Shown: in pieces, positions 1 through 5,004 of the stretch
How positions within the stretch are numbered: the first letter of the stretch is position 1
How the letters are laid out: each line of letters starts with the position of its first letter
Virus record (IMG/VR): IMGVR_UViG_3300015186_000054
Origin: a virus
Taxonomy: Duplodnaviria > Heunggongvirae > Uroviricota > Caudoviricetes
Direction: 5' to 3' (one strand)
DNA: 10,027 bases
Notes under the pieces: generated by a model
Seen by the model: only the letters and a program-made list of their open reading frames with translations
Database searches by the model: none
Told to the model about the DNA's origin: nothing
Position numbers and translations under genes: made by a program

Positions 1-507
1 GTTTCCTTCTTTCTTATTAACAATTACACCGTCATATATTTCATTAAGGTGCCCTCTCAACTCCATGCGCCTTAATGCAGATAACATGTAATCGCATTCA
101 ACCTGCTTATTTCCAGTAAATGGCTTATCGTCAGGATTACCCCAACAGCAATTACCCTTGGGCCACCCATGTACTTTCCGTACTCTTCCGTTAACAACGT
201 GAAGTAATCCCCAGCCAGGTGGTAAATCCTCAATTGAAATAATTCCTGGCTCACTAATAAAGAATCGCCAGTCGCCCATTCCAAGAGACGGATTTTTACG
301 AAAACGCTTTTTTCTATCTGCCAACAAGTCAGCACGAGAACACTTCGCCTCTATCAGGCATGATGCTGAATTTCTGAATCCCATAGCATCTGGCTGTTCT
401 CCGGTACTGGTTACAGCTATAAAGCGGTCATGAAAACAAACCTTGAACCCGTTGCGCTTAAGGAACTTGTACGCAATCTGACAGAGTTCGCGGTGTGTTA
501 ACGCCAT
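1..507 (-). CDS. hypothetical phage protein, 3'-truncated by the window edge (at least 169 aa); possible PD-(D/E)xK nuclease-like fold
   Basis: Own translation of the minus strand from ATG at 507-505: MALTHRELCQIAYKFLKRNGFKVCFHDRFIAVTSTGEQPDAMGFRNSASCLIEAKCSRADLL..., open through base 1 with no stop, hence absent from the ORF track. SD AAGGAGAG about 6 nt upstream overlaps the stop of the upstream gene. A D...hhhEAK arrangement resembles a PD-(D/E)xK motif; this is weak inference. The track ORF 72..335 is in another frame and rejected. Confidence 0.55.
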   Translation of the reverse strand, partial: MALTHRELCQIAYKFLKRNGFKVCFHDRFIAVTSTGEQPDAMGFRNSASCLIEAKCSRADLLADRKKRFRKNPSLGMGDWRFFISEPGIISIEDLPPGWGLLHVVNGRVRKVHGWPKGNCCWGNPDDKPFTGNKQVECDYMLSALRRMELRGHLNEIYDGVIVNKKEGN

Positions 508-508
508 A

Positions 509-994
509 TCACTCTCCTTTGATGCGAATGCCTGTTGCAATGCTGTTTATGATGCTGTCAGTGCATGGGGTAGAAAGCTGGGCATCTCCAGCAATTTTCA
601 TGACCTCAACATCTGCATATCGAATACCGAGGTGTATCAGACCGGCTATACCTGACTTAAGCCGAGCATTTTCCATAAACAGATCCTTTGCCCGCTGTTT
701 TTCTGCCTCAAGCTCAACGCGCAGCCTCCCAACCGTAAGCGCAATCTCCTCGTTCTCCTGGTCGCGGCGTTTGATGTATTGCTGGTTTCTTTCCCGTTCA
801 TCCAGCAGCGCCAGCACGGTTTCTGGTCCGGTCAGAAATTTGAAGGCGTTGAGCGCATCAATATCCACACCGTAATCTTTAAGTTCCTGTTCACTTAACA
901 AATCATCATCAACTGGCAACATTAACAGGCGTTCCATTGCTGGAGTTGCACGTTCTGCCGCCTCACGCAGTGCCTGGTAATTAATTTTGCTCAC
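509..994 (-). CDS. hypothetical phage protein (161 aa, charged/coiled-coil-like central region)
   Basis: ORF track 509..994. GTG start at 994-992 preceded by a strong SD (AAGGAGG, about 7 nt spacing). Stop TGA lies 1 nt before the ATG of the next minus-strand gene. No family recognised from sequence. Confidence 0.6.
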   Translation of the reverse strand: MSKINYQALREAAERATPAMERLLMLPVDDDLLSEQELKDYGVDIDALNAFKFLTGPETVLALLDERERNQQYIKRRDQENEEIALTVGRLRVELEAEKQRAKDLFMENARLKSGIAGLIHLGIRYADVEVMKIAGDAQLSTPCTDSIINSIATGIRIKGE

Positions 995-1283
995 TGACTG
1001 CCTCCTTCTTAATCAGTTTACACAGGTGCTCCACAGCCACAGAGAGTGCATCCACCGCTCGTTTATCCAGACGCGGGGCCAGAGCAAGCAGTTCATTTAT
1101 TGCAATCTGAATACCATGCTCCGCCGCCAGCGCATTAGCACGCACCAGTTGCACTTCCAGTTGCGTTGCCAAATCGCTGATCAGCTTTGCCACACTGCGC
1201 ATATCAACGGCACCACATTCTGCTTTCAGTTCCGAAGCCATCTCATGCCCGGCGGCAACTAACCCTTTGATATTACTTTCCAT
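981..1283 (-). CDS. hypothetical phage protein (100 aa, Ala/Leu-rich helical)
   Basis: ORF track 981..1283. ATG at 1283-1281 with SD GAGGG 5 nt upstream. Overlaps the start of the downstream gene by 14 nt (coupled). No family recognised. Confidence 0.55.
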   Translation of the reverse strand: MESNIKGLVAAGHEMASELKAECGAVDMRSVAKLISDLATQLEVQLVRANALAAEHGIQIAINELLALAPRLDKRAVDALSVAVEHLCKLIKKEAVSEQN

Positions 1284-1344
1284 CTTTACCCTCGCTTATC
1301 CACATAACTTATTGATTACATTGATAACTAAAAAGATCGTCGAT

Positions 1345-1689
1345 TCAGAACTCTTCGATGTTCCAGCCACCACCTGCTTTCTTTGGTTTAACCGTTACCC
1401 CGATGATTCGGAACGGATACTGATCTGCGGCGACTTTGGTTTTCACCCTGGCGTCGTCGGTCCAGAAACCTTTCACTTCGTGCAGTTCCATCTCGCCGGT
1501 GGCGAGCATCACAGCAAAATCGGGCGTATAGAACGTGTTGTCAGCTAACCGCAGCTTGATACCCTCAAATCGATACCAGACGATTTCTCCTGCACGTTTA
1601 CGCAGCTCAAGGTGCTGGCAATACGCAGATTCTGTTTTGTTCATCTGTCCTGTTTTGAGTCGACCAAGAGCCTGTATCTGTTTTCTCAT
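1345..1689 (-). CDS. DUF1064-family phage protein (nin-region-type, putative nuclease-related)
   Basis: ORF track 114 aa. Segments NKTESAYCQHLELRKRAGEI and YTPDFAVMLATGEMELHEVKGFWTDDARVKTKVAADQYP match my recollection of the DUF1064 pattern (FDSKxE..Y..LE...G.I ... DF......DVKGF.T....K.K......YP). The start codon is immediately preceded by an operator-like dyad that contains the SD. Confidence 0.7.
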   Translation of the reverse strand: MRKQIQALGRLKTGQMNKTESAYCQHLELRKRAGEIVWYRFEGIKLRLADNTFYTPDFAVMLATGEMELHEVKGFWTDDARVKTKVAADQYPFRIIGVTVKPKKAGGGWNIEEF

Positions 1690-1692
1690 GAT

Positions 1693-1707
1693 TTACCCCT
1701 GAGGTAA
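1693..1707. promoter_or_regulatory. operator-like dyad TTACC-CCTGA-GGTAA overlapping the -10/+1 region and the SD of the DUF1064 gene
   Basis: Perfect 5+5 inverted repeat read directly from the sequence. Confidence 0.55.
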
Positions 1708-1738
1708 TTAAAAACCACATAAGACACGAAATCAATAG
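1707..1738 (-). promoter_or_regulatory. putative sigma70 promoter for the DUF1064 operon, paralogous to the early-left promoter
   Basis: Minus-strand reading: -35 TTGATT (plus coordinates 1735-1730), 17-bp spacer, -10 TTTAAT (1712-1707). It shares the heptamer CTATTGA at the -35 with the promoter at 4785-4791 and has identical operator geometry. Confidence 0.4.
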
Positions 1739-1753
1739 ATTTTAGAATATTTT

Positions 1754-1770
1754 ATTACCTAACGGGTAAT
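1754..1770. promoter_or_regulatory. operator-like dyad ATTACC-TAACG-GGTAAT
   Basis: Perfect 6+6 inverted repeat, identical over 18 nt to the site at 4753-4770, 19 bp upstream of the putative -35. Confidence 0.55.
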
Positions 1771-1780
1771 TATCGAAACG

Positions 1781-1803
1781 TAAAAAAATGCGCTATCGCG
1801 CTG
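1781..1803 (-). terminator. weak putative intrinsic terminator directly after the P-like gene (tR2-like position)
   Basis: Minus-strand reading GCGC-GATA-GCGC then ATTTTTTTA. Only a 4-bp stem but a 7-T tract. Begins 3 nt after the P stop. Confidence 0.3.
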
Positions 1804-1806
1804 GTA

Positions 1807-2583
1807 TTACTTGATAAATCCTGCCGCCTTTCCTCGCCTGTATTCCTCCATCAGCCACTGCGCCGGTGTTATTCCCCCAAGGGTGGCGGCGTTAGGCATG
1901 CACCCGAAACTTCGCCCTGGTGGATGGTAAACGTCTCTCCCTGTGTCCGGAGGCGTACTCATGGGTTCTGGCTTTGCCTGTATGCTGATCACCGGATCGG
2001 GTATCTGCTGTCCGGAAGCCACCTTTTTCGCCCAATCATCGAGCAGCCTGCGCGCGTGTTTCTCAACCTCTATCTCGCTAAGCTGGCGCTGATACATTGC
2101 ACGGCGGGTATCACATACGACCCAGTACATAACCGGATGCCGCCACGGGAATCTTTCGGGACCACCAGGATATAAACTTTTTTCCTTGCTGTACCGGTGA
2201 AACTCCGTCATCACATCGTCAATGGTAACGCCAAGAACCATCTTGCTGTCTTTACACCACTTGATGAATTGCCCTGGCGACGGCCAGAACGGAGATTCAC
2301 TGGCGCGGGCGTGGCGCATACCAGCGTTAACCTGTTCCATTGTAGTGATCCCATTCTCCAGAAACGCAAGCATCCATTGCTTACGGAATTCATTAAGTTT
2401 GTTCTGCTCCCTTATGGTCGAAACGCTTGCAGGAAATGCAGCCTGTAACTGGACAAATAGTTCATTGAAAATTCTAGCAACCTGCTCCTTTTTGCCATTG
2501 CTGTCACGCCGCTCTTCATGCACAGCAACACCATGCTCACGTAAGCGATCGTACTCATTGAGAAGTTCTGGAGTTGATTTCAT
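1807..2583 (-). CDS. P: replication protein P-like (DnaB helicase loader)
   Basis: 258-aa ORF. FPASVSTIREQNKLNEFRKQWMLAFLENGITTMEQVNAGMRHARASESPFWPSPGQFIKWC aligns almost residue for residue with lambda P as I recall it (FPASLANRDQNEVNEIRRQWVLAFRENGITTMEQVNAGMRVARRQNRPFLPSPGQFVAWC). SD AAGGGG about 8 nt upstream. Start overlaps the end of the upstream initiator gene by 29 nt. Confidence 0.9.
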   Translation of the reverse strand: MKSTPELLNEYDRLREHGVAVHEERRDSNGKKEQVARIFNELFVQLQAAFPASVSTIREQNKLNEFRKQWMLAFLENGITTMEQVNAGMRHARASESPFWPSPGQFIKWCKDSKMVLGVTIDDVMTEFHRYSKEKSLYPGGPERFPWRHPVMYWVVCDTRRAMYQRQLSEIEVEKHARRLLDDWAKKVASGQQIPDPVISIQAKPEPMSTPPDTGRDVYHPPGRSFGCMPNAATLGGITPAQWLMEEYRRGKAAGFIK

Positions 2584-3385
2584 CCCACACCCCTTCTATC
2601 CAGTCAGTGTTATTCCAGTCAAGCTCATCGCTTTTCCCGGCATTTTTTGATTTTCCCCTGATATGATTTACGTGCCTGGCGAATTTTTGTTCCCACTGAA
2701 CCTGCGTGAACACTTTGCCCTCAGCCATCCAGTAATCCCGGAATGCAGCAAGTTCAGCAGGTGTAAATTCCGGTTCCGGCAGGGCCGTTCCCCACAGCGC
2801 AGCACGCCGCCGAAAATCTGGCGACGGTAGCCAGCCATCTGTCATCGGAAATTTCCCGATGGGTTCACTCAGGCCATCCAGAAATTCAGGTTCTGCCACC
2901 TGCAACGGCGTACTGTTCGCTTCACTGGTCGGAGCACCCTCGCGCACGTGCGCTATGTGTGGGGTTTTATATATATCTTCCTCTTCCTCTTCCTCTGGTA
3001 ACTCCTTTTGTAACGCTGTTGGCGTTACTTTTTGCGTTACTCGTTTTCGATGCTCTGCCACTCTTCTATTCGTAAGTGCACGTTTTTTCGATGATTCTCC
3101 ATTGTGTCGCTCAAAGTTTGGAAGAATTAGTTTGCCGTCATGATAAGCAAGCCATCCGACGCTAATGAGGGCGTCAGCAAATCCTGTAATAAAAGCGAGT
3201 CTATCAAGTACTCCTTTTGTAACGCTGCCAGCGTTACCGTCTATTGTTTGCTGGTCAGCCCATGCCCATATACGAACCAGCTTTCCAAGAACAGCATCTG
3301 GATCAATACCCAGAATTTCTGCTATCTGAAAAATTTCAGGTTTATCAGGAGTGATAACTTCAACCTTAATCCAGCTGCTTGCCAT
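2555..3385 (-). CDS. phage replication initiator (O-like origin-binding N-terminal region, acidic linker, DnaT-like C-terminal domain)
   Basis: The track ORF 2555..3403 starts at a GTG; ATG at 3385-3383 with SD GAGGGG about 7 nt upstream is the likelier start. C-terminal GKFPMTDGWLPSPDFRRRAALWGTALPEPEFTPAELAAFRDYWMAEGKVFTQVQWEQKFAR closely matches E. coli primosomal protein DnaT as recalled ([60 protein letters not shown]). It sits directly upstream of the P-like gene and contains palindromic iterons. Confidence 0.85.
   Translation of the reverse strand: MASSWIKVEVITPDKPEIFQIAEILGIDPDAVLGKLVRIWAWADQQTIDGNAGSVTKGVLDRLAFITGFADALISVGWLAYHDGKLILPNFERHNGESSKKRALTNRRVAEHRKRVTQKVTPTALQKELPEEEEEEDIYKTPHIAHVREGAPTSEANSTPLQVAEPEFLDGLSEPIGKFPMTDGWLPSPDFRRRAALWGTALPEPEFTPAELAAFRDYWMAEGKVFTQVQWEQKFARHVNHIRGKSKNAGKSDELDWNNTDWIEGVWDEINSRTSQ
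2965..3237. repeat. putative replication origin inside the initiator gene: AT-rich tract plus palindromic iterons GTAACGC-N5-GCGTTAC
   Basis: Iteron 1 at 3010-3028 (GTAACGC TGTTG GCGTTAC) followed by an extra GCGTTAC half-site at 3034-3040. Iteron 2 at 3219-3237 (GTAACGC TGCCA GCGTTAC). An 18-nt direct repeat ACTCCTTTTGTAACGCTG occurs at 3001-3018 and 3210-3227. AT-rich TTTTATATATAT at 2965-2976. Confidence 0.5.
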
Positions 3386-3578
3386 AGGTTTCCCCTCTTG
3401 CACTCTTTAGTGCACAAGCAAATTCATTACGATGGCGGTTGGCGCTATTCATTGCACATTCAACACATGTTCCGTTCAGAACATACCTTTCAGAGAGATG
3501 GCCGTGACGGCACCGCTTTCCTGTGAAATAGCGATTTAACCCGGCTTTTGCGGCCTCCATTCTGGTTACTATCTTCAA
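3366..3578 (-). CDS. small zinc-ribbon protein (C-x-H-G-H ... C-x-x-C), occupying the CII position between Cro-like and initiator genes
   Basis: Track ORF 70 aa. The start is a TTG at 3578-3576 with SD AGGGG about 8 nt upstream; an alternative ATG at 3560-3558 has no SD. Motif KRCRHGHLSERYVLNGTCVECA suggests a Cys/His metal site. Overlaps the initiator start by about 20 nt. Function unknown. Confidence 0.45.
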   Translation of the reverse strand: MKIVTRMEAAKAGLNRYFTGKRCRHGHLSERYVLNGTCVECAMNSANRHRNEFACALKSARGETYGKQLD

Positions 3579-3656
3579 TTTTTCCGCCCCTTTTTGTTAT
3601 TGATATTGGCTATTTTGCACAATTGGAAAATTTGATCAACCAGATTTGGTTTTTTA

Positions 3657-3671
3657 TTACCTTTGAGGTAC
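3657..3671. promoter_or_regulatory. operator-like dyad TTACC-TTTGA-GGTAC (one mismatch) just downstream of the tR1-like terminator
   Basis: Dyad read from the sequence. On the minus strand it is followed after about 16 nt by TTGATC, a possible -35. Confidence 0.4.
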
Positions 3672-3679
3672 GAATAGAT

Positions 3680-3705
3680 ATGAAAAGACCGCCGGGTGGC
3701 GGTCT
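3680..3705 (-). terminator. putative intrinsic terminator after the Cro-like gene (tR1-like position)
   Basis: Minus-strand reading AGACCGCC-ACCC-GGCGGTCT then TTTCA: 7-8 bp GC-rich stem, 4-nt loop, short U-tract, 23 nt after the Cro-like stop. Confidence 0.5.
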
Positions 3706-3726
3706 ACAGAGGGGTGTGGCTGGATA

Positions 3727-3957
3727 TCATGAGTAGAAGAAGTATGCCAGTTCTGCTTTTGAGCGCAGCCATTGTCTTGTTTTACAGGCTTTAAAAAGCC
3801 CATTCATCAATACTTTACCTGGCATTTTGCGCTTACCTGTTAAGTGAGTCTGGATATAGTGACTCGTCGTTCCGGCTTCCTGTGCGAAGGCTTCACGCTC
3901 ATCCGGAGTAAGTGCAAGCCAGTGCTTTTTGAAATCGAAATGTCCGTTATCGCTCAT
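3727..3957 (-). CDS. Cro/YdaS-like HTH transcriptional regulator
   Basis: 76-aa ORF divergent from the repressor gene. LALTPDEREAFAQEAGTTSHYIQTHLTGKRKMP has the look of a Cro/CII/YdaS-type helix-turn-helix. It is the first gene of the minus-strand early operon and is followed 23 nt after its stop by a hairpin plus U-tract. Confidence 0.65.
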   Translation of the reverse strand: MSDNGHFDFKKHWLALTPDEREAFAQEAGTTSHYIQTHLTGKRKMPGKVLMNGLFKACKTRQWLRSKAELAYFFYS

Positions 3958-3993
3958 AGCTATTGCCTGATATTTATTTCAGATAATAAATAT

Positions 3994-4056
3994 TCACCCA
4001 TAAGGTAACAAAAATCAAGGATAGTTACCCATGAGGTGCATTTACCTGTTGGGTAA
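3994..4056. promoter_or_regulatory. operator triad in the divergent repressor/Cro-like intergenic region (OR analogue), with PR-like and PRM-like promoters
   Basis: Three dyads: 3994-4008 TCACC-CATAA-GGTAA (one mismatch), 4025-4039 TTACC-CATGA-GGTGC (two mismatches), 4042-4056 TTACC-TGTTG-GGTAA (perfect). On the minus strand a -35 TTGATT (4018-4013) places the first dyad inside the promoter spacer of the Cro-like gene. Confidence 0.55.
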
Positions 4057-4111
4057 TATTGCTTTAAATTGAATCATCTTCTGATTCAGATATGAGGCGA
4101 TTTTCCAGAAA

Positions 4112-4696
4112 ATGAAAAGTATCCAGGACGTCCGCAGGCAAAATCTCAACGACTTGATCGACCGTGAATTCAATGGTGTTCAGACGCGGATGGCTGAAAA
4201 ACTTGGAACTCAGGCAAATCTGGTAAACCGCTGGGCTCTTGGCAAGAAGGTTATCGGCGACCAGGTTGCACGAAAAATTGAAGCTGCCGCCAATAAACCC
4301 CGTAACTGGCTTGATATCGATCGCTCGCTTTCTCAGGAAGGTTTTCAGCCTGTCGGCCCAAGCGACATTGGCCAGCTGGCGGCTCACAACCTGGAACGCT
4401 GGATGAGCGAAAGCCGCGACCTTTCAACACAGGGAAAACTTCACCGCGCATCCGGCGTAGCCCAGGTGACAATCAGCCGCCTGTTAAACAATGAGGTCAG
4501 CGTTTCCATTTCCACCCTGGAGAATGTTGCATCCGCATTCGGGCGTCACGGCTATGAATTACTGATTCACCCGCACGACCCTGCGACCATCAACTATGAT
4601 CGCTCGCGCTACGCATTGTTACCCGAAACCGAGAAAGCAAAGATCGAAAGTTACATTGAATTTGTCATCAACCAGAACGAAAAAAACAAACAATAA
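4112..4696 (+). CDS. prophage repressor (CI analogue) with two XRE-type HTH domains and no LexA/S24 peptidase domain
   Basis: 194-aa ORF. N-terminal HTH (GVQTRMAEKLGTQANLVNRWALGKKVIGDQVARKIEAAANKPRNWLD) and a second HTH-like segment (LHRASGVAQVTISRLLNNEVSVSISTLENVASAFG). No Ser/Lys autoprotease motifs. Divergent from the Cro-like gene, weak or no SD, followed by a strong intrinsic terminator. Confidence 0.7.
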   Translation: MKSIQDVRRQNLNDLIDREFNGVQTRMAEKLGTQANLVNRWALGKKVIGDQVARKIEAAANKPRNWLDIDRSLSQEGFQPVGPSDIGQLAAHNLERWMSESRDLSTQGKLHRASGVAQVTISRLLNNEVSVSISTLENVASAFGRHGYELLIHPHDPATINYDRSRYALLPETEKAKIESYIEFVINQNEKNKQ

Positions 4697-4716
4697 AACC
4701 ATATTTTTCAGTAAGT

Positions 4717-4743
4717 AAGCCGCCTTATGGCGGCTTTTTTATT
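4717..4743 (+). terminator. rho-independent terminator downstream of the repressor gene
   Basis: Stem AAGCCGCC (4717-4724), loop TTAT, stem GGCGGCTT (4729-4736), followed by a run of T residues. Confidence 0.8.
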
Positions 4744-4752
4744 GCCTATTCG

Positions 4753-4769
4753 ATTACCTAACGGGTAAT
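4753..4769. promoter_or_regulatory. operator-like dyad ATTACC-TAACG-GGTAAT upstream of the early-left promoter
   Basis: Perfect dyad, 19 bp upstream of TTGACA. Confidence 0.55.
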
Positions 4770-4784
4770 TTTTTTAACTCATAT

Positions 4785-4816
4785 CTATTGACATCAAACC
4801 ATATACGCATAATTAT
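4785..4816 (+). promoter_or_regulatory. putative sigma70 early-left promoter (pL analogue)
   Basis: -35 TTGACA at 4788-4793 (perfect consensus), 17-bp spacer, -10 AATTAT at 4811-4816. Flanked by operator dyads 19 bp upstream of the -35 and overlapping the -10. Confidence 0.55.
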
Positions 4817-4831
4817 TACCTCAACGGTAAC
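4815..4831. promoter_or_regulatory. operator-like dyad ATTACC-TCAAC-GGTAAC overlapping the -10/+1 of the early-left promoter
   Basis: Perfect TTACC-N5-GGTAA core; its centre is 62 bp from the centre of the upstream dyad. Confidence 0.55.
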
Positions 4832-4849
4832 AGACCGAGGTAACAAGTT

Positions 4850-5002
4850 ATGCAGTGGAAAATCATCAACGGTTGGTACTGCGTTACTGCATGCGGATTC
4901 ATGAGCTGGAAGTTCCGCACCTTACAGGAAGGCATTAAGTGGGCTTTCGTCAGCAAAGAAGCTCGCGATGTGGCCAACGATAACGAGATATGGGAGGGCT
5001 GA
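4850..5002 (+). CDS. hypothetical small protein (50 aa, Trp-rich), first ORF after the leftward early promoter
   Basis: Not in the ORF track (below size cut-off). ATG 4850 with SD GAGGT 9 nt upstream; TGA at 5000-5002. Translation MQWKIINGWYCVTACGFMSWKFRTLQEGIKWAFVSKEARDVANDNEIWEG. Coding status uncertain. Confidence 0.35.
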   Translation: MQWKIINGWYCVTACGFMSWKFRTLQEGIKWAFVSKEARDVANDNEIWEG

Positions 5003-5004
5003 TA

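Noticed and set aside
72-335. Track ORF (87 aa, minus strand) at the left edge
   Set aside because: It is in a different frame from the longer SD-preceded, coupled ORF that I translated across 507 to 1, and its sequence is low-complexity. Judged a shadow ORF.
495-875. Plus-strand 126-aa ORF antisense to the 161-aa minus-strand gene
   Set aside because: Ser/Ala/Arg-rich antisense translation with no RBS, opposite in orientation to the contiguous, coupled minus-strand operon.
1338-1346. Short palindrome ATCGTCGAT after the DUF1064 stop as a terminator
   Set aside because: Only a 4-bp stem with a 1-nt loop; too weak to call.
2859-3143. Plus-strand 94-aa ORF with a poly-Ser run inside the initiator gene
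   Set aside because: The SSSSSSS run is simply the antisense reading of the GAG/GAA poly-Glu codons; artefact of the repeat.
3385-3403. Track start (GTG 3403) for the initiator gene
   Set aside because: ATG at 3385 has a better SD (GAGGGG, about 7 nt) and yields an MASSW N-terminus; the GTG extension of 6 codons is not needed.
3400-3600. OOP-like antisense RNA opposite the zinc-ribbon gene / initiator start
   Set aside because: No plus-strand hairpin plus T-tract or convincing plus-strand promoter was found in this interval.
4697-4849. N-utilisation (nut) site or lambda-N-like antiterminator downstream of the early-left promoter
   Set aside because: No boxA-like CGCTCTTA element or boxB hairpin could be identified by eye, and no Arg-rich N-like ORF is present. 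Left as an open question.
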